A stretch of 64,000 nucleotides of DNA from Eledone cirrhosa (Eukaryota): positions 3,534,001-3,598,000 of the forward strand of contig OZ024741.1 in assembly GCA_964016885.1 (NCBI GenBank). The letters run 5' to 3'. The position numbers and the translations under genes are program-made. The notes under the pieces are model-generated. The model was given only the letters and a program-made list of their open reading frames with translations, searched no databases and had not been told where the DNA came from. Positions 34,501 through 49,500 of this stretch are shown one piece after another. The stretch's first letter is position 1. Each line of letters starts with the position of its first letter.

Positions 34501-37500
34501 GACCCTATCACTGTAGTTCTATATCTAAGTTAAGACCTTATCACTGTAGTTCTATATCTAAGACCATATCACTGTAGTTCTACATCTAAGTTAAGACCCT
34601 ATCACTCTAGTTCTATATCTAAGATCCCATCACTGTAGTTCTACATCTAAGTTAAGACCCTATCACTGTAGTTCTATATCTAAGTTAAGACCTTATCACT
34701 GTAGGTCTACATATAAGAGCCTATCACTGTAGTTCTACATCTAAGACCCTATCACCGTAGTTCTACATCTAAGTTGAGACCCTATCACTATAGTTCTATA
34801 TCTAAGACTCTATCACTGTAGTTCTACATCTAAGACCCTATCACTGTAGTTCTACATCTAAGACCCTATCACTGTAGTTCTACATCTAAGACCCTATCAC
34901 TATAGTTCTATATCTAAGACTCTATCACTGTAGTTCTACATCTAAGACCCTATCACTGTAGTTTTACATCTAAGACCCTATCACTGTAGTTCTACATCTA
35001 AGACCCTATCACTGTAGTTCTACATATAAGTTAAGACCCTATCACTATAGTTCTATATCTAAGACCCTATCACTGTAGTTCTACATCTAAGGCCCTATCA
35101 CTGTAGTTCTACATCTAAGACCCTATCACTGTAGTTCTACATCTAACACCCTATCACTGTAGTTCTACATCTAAGACCCTATCACTGTAGTTCTACATCT
35201 AACGCCCTATCACTGTAGTTCTATATCTAAGACCCTATCACTGTAGTCCTATATCTAAGACCCTATCACTGTAGTTCTATATCTAAGACCCTATCACTGT
35301 AGTTCTACATCTAAGACCCTATCACTGTAGTTCTGTATCTAAGACTCTATCACTGTAGTTCTACATCTAAGACCCTATCACTGTAGTTCTACATCTAAGA
35401 CCCTATCACTGTAGTTCTACATCTAAGACCCTATCAATGTAGTTCTACATCTAAGGCCCTATCACTGTAGTTCTACATCTAAGTTAAGACCCTATCACTG
35501 TAGTTCTACATCTAAGACCCTATCACTATAGTTCTACATCTAAGTTAAGACCCTATCACTGTAGTTCTATATCTAAGTTAAGACCTTATCACTCTAGTTC
35601 TATATCTAAGACCATATCACTGTAGTTCTACATCTAAGTTAAGACCCTATCACTCTAGTTCTATATCTAAGGCCCCATCACTGTAGTTCTACATCTAAGA
35701 CCCTATCACTGTAGTTCTACATGTAAGTTAAGACCCTATCACTGTAGTTCAATATCTAAGTTAAGACCTTATCACTGTAGGTCTACATATAAGAGCCTAT
35801 CACTGTAGTTCTACATCTAAGACCCTATCACCGTAGTTCTACATCTAAGTTAAGACCCTATCACTATAGTTCTATATCTAAGACTCTATCACTGTAGTTC
35901 TACATCTAAGACCCTATCACTGTAGTTCTACATCTAAGACCCTATCACTGTAGTTCTACATCTAAGACCCTATCACTATAGTTCTATATCTAAGACTCTA
36001 TCACTGTAGTTCTACATCTAAGACCCTATCACTGTAGTTTTACATCTAAGACCCTATCACTGTAGTTCTACATCTAAGACCCTATCACTGTAGTTCTACA
36101 TATAAGTTAAGACCCTATCACTATAGTTCTATATCTAATACCCTATCACTGTAGTTCTACATCTAAGGCCCTATCACTGTAGTTCTACATCTAAGACCCT
36201 ATCACTGTAGTTCTACATCTAACACCCTATCACTGTAGTTCTACATCTAAGACCCTATCACTGTAGTTCTACATCTAACGCCCTATCACTGTAGTTCTAT
36301 ATCTAAGACCCTATCACTGTAGTCCTATATCTAAGACCCTATCACTGTAGTTCTATATCTAAGACCCTATCACTGTAGTTCTACATCTAAGACCCTATCA
36401 CTGTAGTTCTGTATCTAAGACTCTATCACTGTAGTTCTACATCTAAGACCCTATCACTGTAGTTCTACATCTAAGACCCTATCACAGTAGTTCTACATCT
36501 AAGACCCTATCACAGTAGTTCTATATCTAAGTTAAGACCCTATCATTGTAGTTCTACATCTAAGGCCCTATCACTGTAGTTCTATATCTAAGACCCTATC
36601 ACTATAGTTCTACATCTAAGACCCTATCACTGTAGTTCTACATCTAAAACCCTATCACTGTAGTTCTACATCTAAGACCCTATCACAGTAGTTCTACATC
36701 TAAAACCCTATCACTGTAGTTCTATATCTAAGTTAAGACCCTATCACTGTAGTTCTACATCTAAGACCCTATCACTGTAGTTCTGTATCTAAGACTCTAT
36801 CACTGTAGTTCTACATCTAAGACCCTGTCACTGTAGTTCTACATCTAAGACCCTATCACTGTAGTTCTATATCTAAGACCCTATCACTGTAGTTCTACAT
36901 CTAAGACCCTATCACTGTAGTTCTATATCTAAGACCCTATCACTGTAGTTCTACATCTAAGACCCTATCACTGTAGTTCTACATCTAAGACCCTATCACT
37001 GTAGTTCTATATCTAAGTTAAGACCCTATCACTGTAGTTCTACATCTAAGGCCCTATCACTGTAGTTCTATATCTAAGACCCTATCACTGTAGTTCTACA
37101 TCTAAGACCCCATCACTGTAGTTCTACATCTAAGACCCTATCACTGTAGTTCTATATCTAAGACCCTATCACTGTAGTTCTACATCTAAGACCCATCACT
37201 GTAGTTCTAAATGTAAGACCCTATCTCTGTAGTTCTACATCTAAAACCCTATCACTATAGTTCTATATCTAAGACCCTACCACTGTAGTTCTACATCTAA
37301 GACCCTATCACTGTAGTTCTATATCTAAGACCTTAACACTGTAGTTCTATATCTAAGACTCTATCACTGTAGTTCTACATGTAAGACCCTGCCACTGTAG
37401 TTCTACATCTAAGACCCTATCACTGTAGTTCTACATCTAAGACCCTATCACTGTAGTTCTACATCTAAGACCCTATCACTGTAGTTCTATATCTAAGTTA

Positions 37501-40500
37501 AGACCCTATCACTGTAGTTCTACATCTAAGGCCCTATCACTGTAGTTCAACATCTAAGTTAAGACCCTATCACTGTAGTTCTACATCTAAGACCCTATCA
37601 CTGTAGTTCTACATCTAAGTTAAGACCCTCTCACTGTAGTTCTACATCTAAGTTAAGACCCTATCACTGTAGTTCTACATCTAAGACCCTATCACTGTAG
37701 TTCTACATCTAAGACCCTATCACTGTAGTTCTACATATAAGACCCTATCACAGTAGTTCTACATCTAAGACCCTATCACTGTAGTTCTATATCTAAGACC
37801 CTATCACTGTAGTTCTACATCTAAGACCCTATCACTGCAGTTCTACATCTAAGGCTCTATCACTGTAGTTCTACATCTAAGACACTATCACTGTAGTTCT
37901 ACATCTAAGGCCCTATCACTGTAGTTCTACATATAAGACCCTATCACTGTAGTTCTAATTATAAGTTAAGACCCTATCACTGTAGTTCTATATCTAAGTT
38001 AAGACTCTATCACTGTAGTTCTACATCTAAGACCCTATCACTGTAGTTCTACATCTAAGGCCCTATCACTGTAGTTCTACATGTAAGTTAAGACCCTATC
38101 ACTGTAGTTCTACATCTAAGACCCTATCACTGTAGTTCTACATCTAACGCCCTATCACTGTAGTTCTATATCTAAGACCCTATCACTGTAGTCCTATATC
38201 TAAGACCCTATCACTGTAGTTCTATATCTAAGACCCTATCACTGTAGTTCTACATCTAAGACCCTATCACTGTAGTTCTGTATCTAAGACTCTATCACTG
38301 TAGTTCTACATCTAAGACCCTATCACTGTAGTTCTACATCTAAGACCCTATCACTGTAGTTCTACATCTAAGACCCTATCAATGTAGTTCTACATCTAAG
38401 GCCCTATCACTGTAGTTCTACATCTAAGTTAAGACCCTATCACTGTAGTTCTACATCTAAGACCCTATCACTGTAGTTCTACATCTAAGTTAAGACCCTA
38501 TCACTGTAGTTCTATATCTAAGTTAAGACCTTATCACTCTAGTTCTATATCTAAGACCATATCACTGTAGTTCTACATCTAAGTTAAGACCCTATCACTC
38601 TAGTTCTATATCTAAGGCCCCATCACTGTAGTTCTACATCTAAGACCCTATCACTGTAGTTCTACATGTAAGTTAAGACCCTATCACTGTAGTTCAATAT
38701 CTAAGTTAAGACCTTATCACTGTAGGTCTACATATAAGAGCCTATCACTGTAGTTCTACATCTAAGACCCTATCACCGTAGTTCTACATCTAAGTTAAGA
38801 CCCTATCACTATAGTTCTATATCTAAGACTCTATCACTGTAGTTCTACATCTAAGACCCTATCACTGTAGTTCTACATCTAAGACCCTATCACTGTAGTT
38901 CTACATCTAAGACCCTATCACTATAGTTCTATATCTAAGACTCTATCACTGTAGTTCTACATCTAAGACCCTATCACTGTAGTTTTACATCTAAGACCCT
39001 ATCACTGTAGTTCTACATCTAAGACCCTATCACTGTAGTTCTACATATAAGTTAAGACCCTATCACTATAGTTCTATATCTAAGACCCTATCACTGTAGT
39101 TCTACATCTAAGGCCCTATCACTGTAGTTCTACATCTAAGACCCTATCACTGTAGTTCTACATCTAACACCCTATCACTGTAGTTCTACATCTAAGACCC
39201 TATCACTGTAGTTCTACATCTAACGCCCTATCACTGTAGTTCTATATCTAAGACCCTATCACTGTAGTCCTATATCTAAGACCCTATCACTGTAGTTCTA
39301 TATCTAAGACCCTATCACTGTAGTTCTACATCTAAGACCCTATCACTGTAGTTCTGTATCTAAGACTCTATCACTGTAGTTCTACATCTAAGACCCTATC
39401 ACTGTAGTTCTACATCTAAGACCCTATCACAGTAGTTCTACATCTAAGACCCTATCACAGTAGTTCTATATCTAAGTTAAGACCCTATCATTGTAGTTCT
39501 ACATCTAAGGCCCTATCACTGTAGTTCTATATCTAAGACCCTATCACTATAGTTCTACATCTAAGACCCTATCACTGTAGTTCTACATCTAAAACCCTAT
39601 CACTGTAGTTCTACATCTAAGACCCTATCACAGTAGTTCTACATCTAAAACCCTATCACTGTAGTTCTATATCTAAGTTAAGACCCTATCACTGTAGTTC
39701 TACATCTAAGACCCTATCACTGTAGTTCTGTATCTAAGACTCTATCACTGTAGTTCTACATCTAAGACCCTGTCACTGTAGTTCTACATCTAAGACCCTA
39801 TCACTGTAGTTCTATATCTAAGACCCTATCACTGTAGTTCTACATCTAAGACCCTATCACTGTAGTTCTATATCTAAGACCCTATCACTGTAGTTCTACA
39901 TCTAAGACCCTATCACTGTAGTTCTACATCTAAGACCCTATCACTGTAGTTCTATATCTAAGTTAAGACCCTATCACTGTAGTTCTACATCTAAGGCCCT
40001 ATCACTGTAGTTCTATATCTAAGACCCTATCACTGTAGTTCTACATCTAAGACCCTATCACTGTAGTTCTACATCTAAGACCCTATCACTGTAGTTCTAT
40101 ATCTAAGACCCTATCACTGTAGTTCTACATCTAAGACCCATCACTGTAGTTCTAAATGTAAGACCCTATCTCTGTAGTTCTACATCTAAAACCCTATCAC
40201 TATAGTTCTATATCTAAGACCCTACCACTGTAGTTCTACATCTAAGACCCTATCACTGTAGTTCTATATCTAAGACCTTAACACTGTAGTTCTATATCTA
40301 AGACTCTATCACTGTAGTTCTACATGTAAGACCCTGCCACTGTAGTTCTACATCTAAGACCCTATCACTGTAGTTCTACATCTAAGACCCTATCACTGTA
40401 GTTCTACATCTAAGACCCTATCACTGTAGTTCTATATCTAAGTTAAGACCCTATCACTGTAGTTCTACATCTAAGGCCCTATCACTGTAGTTCAACATCT

Positions 40501-43500
40501 AAGTTAAGACCCTATCACTGTAGTTCTACATCTAAGACCCTATCACTGTAGTTCTACATCTAAGTTAAGACCCTCTCACTGTAGTTCTACATCTAAGTTA
40601 AGACCCTATCACTGTAGTTCTACATCTAAGACCCTATCACTGTAGTTCTACATCTAAGACCCTATCACTGTAGTTCTACATATAAGACCCTATCACAGTA
40701 GTTCTACATCTAAGACCCTATCACTGTAGTTCTATATCTAAGACCCTATCACTGTAGTTCTACATCTAAGACCCTATCACTGCAGTTCTACATCTAAGGC
40801 TCTATCACTGTAGTTCTACATCTAAGACACTATCACTGTAGTTCTACATCTAAGGCCCTATCACTGTAGTTCTACATATAAGACCCTATCACTGTAGTTC
40901 TAATTATAAGTTAAGACCCTATCACTGTAGTTCTATATCTAAGTTAAGACTCTATCACTGTAGTTCTACATCTAAGACCCTATCACTGTAGTTCTACATC
41001 TAAGGCCCTATCACTGTAGTTCTACATGTAAGTTAAGACCCTATCACTGTAGTTCTATATCTAAGTTCAGACCCTATCACTGTAGTTCTACATCTAAGAC
41101 CCTATCACTGTAGTTCTACATCTAAGTTAAGACCCTATCACTGTAGTTCTATATCTAAGTTAAGACCTTATCACTCTAGTTCTATATCTAAGACCATATC
41201 ACTGTAGTTCTACATCTAAGTTAAGACCCTATCACTCTAGTTCTATATCTAAGATCCCATCAGTGTAGTTCTACATCTAAGACCCTATCACTGTAGTTCT
41301 ACATCTAAGTTAAGACCCTATCACTGTAGTTCTATATCTAAGTTAAGACCTTATCACTGTAGGTCTACATATAAGAGCCTATCACTGTAGTTCTACATCT
41401 AAGACCCTATCACCGTAGTTCTACATCTAAGTTAAGACCCTATCACTATAGTTCTATATCTAAGACTCTATCACTGTAGTTCTACATCTAAGACCCTATC
41501 ACTGTAGTTCTACATCTAAGACCCTATCACTGTAGTTCTACATCTAAGACCCTATCACTATAGTTCTATATCTAAGACTCTATCACTGTAGTTCTACATC
41601 TAAGACCCTATCACTGTAGTTTTACATCTAAGACCCTATCACTGTAGTTCTACATCTAAGACCCTATCACTGTAGTTCTACATATAAGTTAAGACCCTAT
41701 CACTATAGTTCTATATCTAAGACCCTATCACTGTAGTTCTACATCTAAGGCCCTATCACTGTAGTTCTACATCTAAGACCCTATCACTGTAGTTCTACAT
41801 CTAACACCCTATCACTGTAGTTCTACATCTAAGACCCTATCACTGTAGTTCTACATCTAACGCCCTATCACTGTAGTTCTATATCTAAGACCCTATCACT
41901 GTAGTCCTATATCTAAGACCCTATCACTGTAGTTCTATATCTAAGACCCTATCACTGTAGTTCTACATCTAAGACCCTATCACTGTAGTTCTGTATCTAA
42001 GACTCTATCACTGTAGTTCTACATCTAAGACCCTATCACTGTAGTTCTACATCTAAGACCCTATCACAGTAGTTCTACATCTAAGACCCTATCACAGTAG
42101 TTCTATATCTAAGTTAAGACCCTATCATTGTAGTTCTACATCTAAGGCCCTATCACTGTAGTTCTATATCTAAGACCCTATCACTATAGTTCTACATCTA
42201 AGACCCTATCACTGTAGTTCTACATCTAAAACCCTATCACTGTAGTTCTACATCTAAGACCCTATCACTGTAGTTCTACATCTAAAACCCTATCACTGTA
42301 GTTCTACATCTAAGACCCTATCACTGTAGTCCTACATCTAAGACCCTATCACTGTAGTTCTACATCTAACGCCCTATCACTGTAGTTCTATATCTAAGAC
42401 ACTATCACTGTAGTCCTATATCTAAGACCCTATCACTGTAGTTCTATATCTAAGACCCTATCACTGTAGTTCTACATCTAAGACCCTATCACTGTAGTTC
42501 TGGATCTAAGACTCTATCACTGTAGTTCTACATCTAAGACCCTATCACTGTAGTTCTACATCTAAAACCCTATCACTGTAGTTCTACATCTAAGACCCTA
42601 TCACAGTAGTTCTACATCTAAAACCCTATCACTGTAGTTCTATATCTAAGTTAAGACCCTATCACTGTAGTTCTACATCTAAGGCCCTATCACTGTAGTT
42701 CAACATCTAAGTTAAGACCCTATCACTGTAGTTCTACATCTAAGACCCTATCACTGTAGTTCTACATCTAAGTTAAGACCCTCTCACTGTAGCTCTACAT
42801 CTAAGTTAAGACCCTATCACTGTAGTTCTACATCTAAGACCCTATCACTGTAGTTCTACATCTAAGACCCTATCACTGTAGTTCTACATATAAGACCCTA
42901 TCACAGTAGTTCTACATCTAAGACCCTATCACTGTAGTTCTATATCTAAGACCCTATCACTGTAGTTCTACATCTAAGACCCTATCACTGCAGTTCTACA
43001 TCTAAGGCTCTATCACTGTAGTTCTACATCTAAGACCCTATCACTGTAGTTCTACATCTAAGACCCTATCACAGTAGTTCTACATCTAAGACCCTATCAC
43101 AGTAGTTCTATATCTAAGTTAAGACCCTATCATTATAGTTCTACATCTAAGGCCCTATCACTGTAGTTCTATATCTAAGACCCTATCACTATAGTTCTAC
43201 ATCTAAGACCCTATCACTGTAGTTCTACATCTAAAACCCTATCACTGTAGTTCTACATCTAAGACCCTATCACTGTAGTTCTATATCTAAGTTAAGACCC
43301 TATCACTGTAGTTCTACATCTAAGACCCTATCACTGTAGTTCTGTATCTAAGACTCTATCACTGTAGTTCTACATCTAAGACCCTGTCACTGTAGTTCTA
43401 CATCTAAGACCCTATCACTGTAGTTCTATATCTAAGACCCTATCACTGTAGTTCTACATCTAAGACCCTATCACTGTAGTTCTATATCTAAGACCCTATC

Positions 43501-46500
43501 ACTGTAGTTCTACATATAAGACCCTATCACTGTAGTTCTACATCTAAGACCCTATCACTGTAGTTCTATATCTAAGTTAAGACCCTATCACTGTAGTTCT
43601 ACATCTAAGGCCCTATCACTGTAGTTCTATATCTAAGACCCTATCACTGTAGTTCTACATCTAAGACCCTATCACTGTAGTTCTACATCTAAGACCTTAT
43701 CACTGTAGTTCTATATCTAAGACCCTATCACTGTAGTTCTAAATCTAAGACCCATCACTGTAGTTCTAAATGTAAGACCCTATCTCTGTAGTTCTACATC
43801 TAAAACCCTATCACTATAGTTCTATATCTAAGACCCTACCACTGTAGTTCTACATCTAAGACCTTAACACTGTAGTTCTATATCTAAGACTCTATCACTG
43901 TAGTTCTACATGTAAGACCCTGCCACTGTAGTTCTACATCTAAGACCCTATCACTGTAGTTCTACATCTAAGACCCTATCACTGTAGTTCTACATCTAAG
44001 ACCCTATCACTGTAGTTCTATATCTAAGTTAAGACCCTATCACTGTAGTTCTACATCTAAGGCCCTATCACTGTAGTTCAACATCTAAGTTAAGACCCTA
44101 TCACTGTAGTTCTACATCTAAGACCCTATCACTGTAGTTCTACATCTAAGTTAAGACCCTCTCACTGTAGTTCTACATCTAAGTTAAGACCGTATCACTG
44201 TAGTTCTACATCTAAGACCCTATCACTGTAGTTCTACATCTAAGACCCTATCACTGTAGTTCTACATATAAGACCCTATCACAGTAGTTCTACATCTAAG
44301 ACCCTATCACTGTAGTTCTATATCTAAGACCCTATCACTGTAGTTCTACATCTAAGACCCTATCACTGCAGTTCTACATCTAAGGCTCTATCACTGTAGT
44401 TCTACATCTAAGACACTATCACTGTAGTTCTACATCTAAGGCCCTATCACTGTAGTTCTACATATAAGACCCTATCACTGTAGTTCTAATTATAAGTTAA
44501 GACCCTATCACTGTAGTTCTATATCTAAGTTAAGACTCTATCACTGTAGTTCTACATCTAAGACCCTATCACTGTAGTTCTACATCTAAGGCCCTATCAC
44601 TGTAGTTCTACATGTAAGTTAAGACCCTATCACTGTAGTTCTATATCTAAGTTCAGACCCTATCACTGTAGTTCTACATCTAAGACCCTATCACTGTAGT
44701 TCTACATCTAAGACCCTATCACTGTAATTCTACATATAAGACCCTATCACTGTAGTTCTACATCTAAGACCCTATCACTGTAATTCTACATATAAGACCC
44801 TATCACTGTAGTTCTATATCTAAGACCCTATCACTGTAGTTCTATATCTAAGACCCCATCACTGTAGTTCTACATCTAAGACCCTATCAATGTAGTTCTA
44901 TATCTAAGACCCTATCACTGTAGTTCTATATCTAAGACCCTATCACTGTAGTTCTACATCTAAGACCCTATCACTGTAGTTCTACATCTAAGACCCTATC
45001 ACTGTAATTCTACATATAAGACCCTATCACTGTAGTTCTACATCTAAGACCCTATCACTGTAATTCTACATATAAGACCCTATCACTGTAGTTCTATATC
45101 TAAGACCCTATCACTGTAGTTCTATATCTAAGACCCTATCACTGTAGTTCTATATCTAAGTTCAGACCCTATCACTGTAGTTCTACATCTAAGACCCTAT
45201 CACTGTAGTTCTACATCTAAGACCCTATCACTGTAATTCTACATATAAGACCCTATCACTGTAGTTCTACATCTAAGACCCTATCACTGTAATTCTACAT
45301 ATAAGACCCTATCACTGTAGTTCTATATCTAAGACCCTATCACTGTAGTTCTATATCTAAGACCCCATCACTGTAGTTCTACATCTAAGACCCTATCAAT
45401 GTAGTTCTATATCTAAGACCCTATCACTGTAGTTCTATATCTAAGACCCTATCACTGTAGTTCTACATCGAAGACCCTATCACTGTAGTTCTACATCTAA
45501 GACCCTATCACTGTAATTCTACATATAAGACCCTATCACTGAGGTTCTACATCTAAGGCCCTATCACTGTAGTTCTATATCTAAGACCCTATCACTGTAG
45601 TTCTACATCTAAGACCCTATCACTGTAGTTCTATATCTAAGACCCTATCACTGTAGTTCTACATCTAAGACCCATCACTGTAGTTCTAAATGTAAGACCC
45701 TATCTCTGTAGTTCTACATCTAAAACCCTATCACTATAGTTCTATATCTAAGACCCTACCACTGTAGTTCTACATCTAAGACCCTATCACTGTAGTTCTA
45801 TATCTAAGACCTTATCACTGTAGTTCTATATCTAAGACTCTATCACTGTAGTTCTACATCTAAAACCCTATCACTATAGTTCTATATCTAAGACCCTACC
45901 ACTATAGTTCTACATCTAAGACCTTATCACTGTAGTTCTATATCTAAGACCCTATCACTGTAGTTCTACAACTAAAACCCTATCACTATAGTTCTATATC
46001 TAAGACCCTACCACTGTAGTTCTACATCTAGGACCCTATCACTGTAGTTCTATATCTAAGACCTTATCACTGTAGTTCTATATCTAAGACCCTATCACTG
46101 TAGTTCTACATCTAAAACCCTATCACTGTAGTTCTACATCTAAGACCCTGTCACTGTAGTTCTACATCTAAGACCTTTTCACTGTAGTTCTATATCTAAG
46201 ACTCTATCACTGTAGTTCTATATCTAAGACTCTATCACTGTAGTTCTACATCTAAGACCCTATCACTGTAGTTCTACATCTAAGTTAAGACCCTATCACT
46301 GTAGTTCTACATCTAAGACCCTATCACTGTAGTTCTACATCTAAGACCCTATCACTGTAGTTCTACATCTAAGACCCTATCACTGTAGTTCTATATCTAA
46401 GTTAAGACCCTATCACTGTAGTTCTACATCTAAGGCCCTATCACTGTAGTTCAACATCTAAGTTAAGACCCTATCACTGTAGTTCTACATCTAAGACCCT

Positions 46501-49500
46501 ATCACTGTAGTTCTACATCTAAGTTAAGACCCTCTCACTGTAGTTCTACATCTAAGTTAAGACCGTATCACTGTAGTTCTACATCTAAGACCCTATCACT
46601 GTAGTTCTACATCTAAGACCCTATCACTGTAGTTCTACATATAAGACCCTATCACAGTAGTTCTACATCTAAGACCCTATCACTGTAGTTCTATATCTAA
46701 GACCCTATCACTGTAGTTCTACATCTAAGACCCTATCACTGCAGTTCTACATCTAAGGCTCTATCACTGTAGTTCTACATCTAAGACACTATCACTGTAG
46801 TTCTACATCTAAGGCCCTATCACTGTAATTCTACATATAAGACCCTATCACTGTAGTTCTAATTATAAGTTAAGACCCTATCACTGTAGTTCTATATCTA
46901 AGTTAAGACTCTATCACTGTAGTTCTACATCTAAGACCCTATCACTGTAGTTCTACATCTAAGGCCCTATCACTGTAGTTCTACATGTAAGTTAAGACCC
47001 TATCACTGTAGTTCTATATCTAAGTTCAGACCCTATCACTGTAGTTCTACATCTAAGACCCTATCACTGTAGTTCTACATCTAAGTTAAGACCCTATCAC
47101 TGTAGTTCTATATCTAAGTTAAGACCTTATCACTCTAGTTCTATATCTAAGACCATATCACTGTAGTTCTACATCTAAGTTAAGACCCTATCACTCTAGT
47201 TCTATATCTAAGATCCCATCACTGTAGTTCTACATCTAAGACCCTATCACTGTAGTTCTACATCTAAGTTAAGACCCTATCACTGTAGTTCTATATCTAA
47301 GTTAAGACCTTATCACTGTAGGTCTACATATAAGAGCCTATCACTGTAGTTCTACATCTAAGACCCTATCACCGTAGTTCTACATCTAAGTTAAGACCCT
47401 ATCACTATAGTTCTATATCTAAGACTCTATCACTGTAGTTCTACATCTAAGACCCTATCACTGTAGTTCTACATCTAAGACCCTATCACTGTAGTTCTAC
47501 ATCTAAGACCCTATCACTATAGTTCTATATCTAAGACTCTATCACTGTAGTTCTACATCTAAGACCCTATCACTGTAGTTTTACATCTAAGACCCTATCA
47601 CTGTAGTTCTACATCTAAGACCCTATCACTGTAGTTCTACATATAAGTTAAGACCCTATCACTATAGTTCTATATCTAAGACCCTATCACTGTAGTTCTA
47701 CATCTAAGGCCCTATCACTGTAGTTCTACATCTAAGACCCTATCACTGTAGTTCTACATCTAACACCCTATCACTGTAGTTCTACATCTAAGACCCTATC
47801 ACTGTAGTTCTACATCTAACGCCCTATCACTGTAGTTCTATATCTAAGACCCTATCACTGTAGTCCTATATCTAAGACCCTATCACTGTAGTTCTATATC
47901 TAAGACCCTATCACTGTAGTTCTACATCTAAGACCCTATCACTGTAGTTCTGTATCTAAGACTCTATCACTGTAGTTCTACATCTAAGACCCTATCACTG
48001 TAGTTCTACATCTAAGACCCTATCACAGTAGTTCTACATCTAAGACCCTATCACAGTAGTTCTATATCTAAGTTAAGACCCTATCATTGTAGTTCTACAT
48101 CTAAGGCCCTATCACTGTAGTTCTATATCTAAGACCCTATCACTATAGTTCTACATCTAAGACCCTATCACTGTAGTTCTACATCTAAGACCCTATCACT
48201 GTAGTCCTACATCTAAGACCCTATCACTGTAGTTCTACATCTAACGCCCTATCACTGTAGTTCTATATCTAAGACACTATCACTGTAGTCCTATATCTAA
48301 GACCCTATCACTGTAGTTCTATATCTAAGACCCTATCACTGTAGTTCTACATCTAAGACCCTATCACTGTAGTTCTGGATCTAAGACTCTATCACTGTAG
48401 TTCTACATCTAAGACCCTATCACTGTAGTTCTACATCTAAAACCCTATCACTGTAGTTCTACATCTAAGACCCTATCACAGTAGTTCTACATCTAAAACC
48501 CTATCACTGTAGTTCTATATCTAAGTTAAGACCCTATCACTGTAGTTCTACATCTAAGACCCTATCACTGTAGTTCTGTATCTAAGACTCTATCACTGTA
48601 GTTCTACATGTAAGACCCTGCCACTGTAGTTCTACATCTAAGACCCTATCACTGTAGTTCTACATCTAAGACCCTATCACTGTAGTTCTACATCTAAGAC
48701 CCTATCACTGTAGTTCTATATCTAAGTTAAGACCCTATCACTGTAGTTCTACATCTAAGGCCCTATCACTGTAGTTCAACATCTAAGTTAAGACCCTATC
48801 ACTGTAGTTCTACATCTAAGACCCTATCACTGTAGTTCTACATCTAAGTTAAGACCCTCTCACTGTAGTTCTACATCTAAGTTAAGACCCTATCACTGTA
48901 GTTCTACATCTAAGACCCTATCACTGTAGTTCTACATCTAAGACCCTATCACTGTAGTTCTACATATAAGACCCTATCACAGTAGTTCTACATCTAAGAC
49001 CCTATCACTGTAGTTCTATATCTAAGACCCTATCACTGTAGTTCTACATCTAAGACCCTATCACTGCAGTTCTACATCTAAGGCTCTATCACTGTAGTTC
49101 TACATCTAAGACCCTATCACTGTAGTTCTACATCTAAGACCCTATCACAGTAGTTCTACATCTAAGACCCTATCACAGTAGTTCTATATCTAAGTTAAGA
49201 CCCTATCATTGTAGTTCTACATCTAAGGCCCTATCACTGTAGTTCTATATCTAAGACCCTATCACTATAGTTCTACATCTAAGACCCTATCACTGTAGTT
49301 CTACATCTAAAACCCTATCACTGTAGTTCTACATCTAAGACCCTATCACTGTAGTTCTATATCTAAGTTAAGACCCTATCACTGTAGTTCTACATCTAAG
49401 ACCCTATCACTGTAGTTCTGTATCTAAGACTCTATCACTGTAGTTCTACATCTAAGACCCTGTCACTGTAGTTCTACATCTAAGACCCTATCACTGTAGT

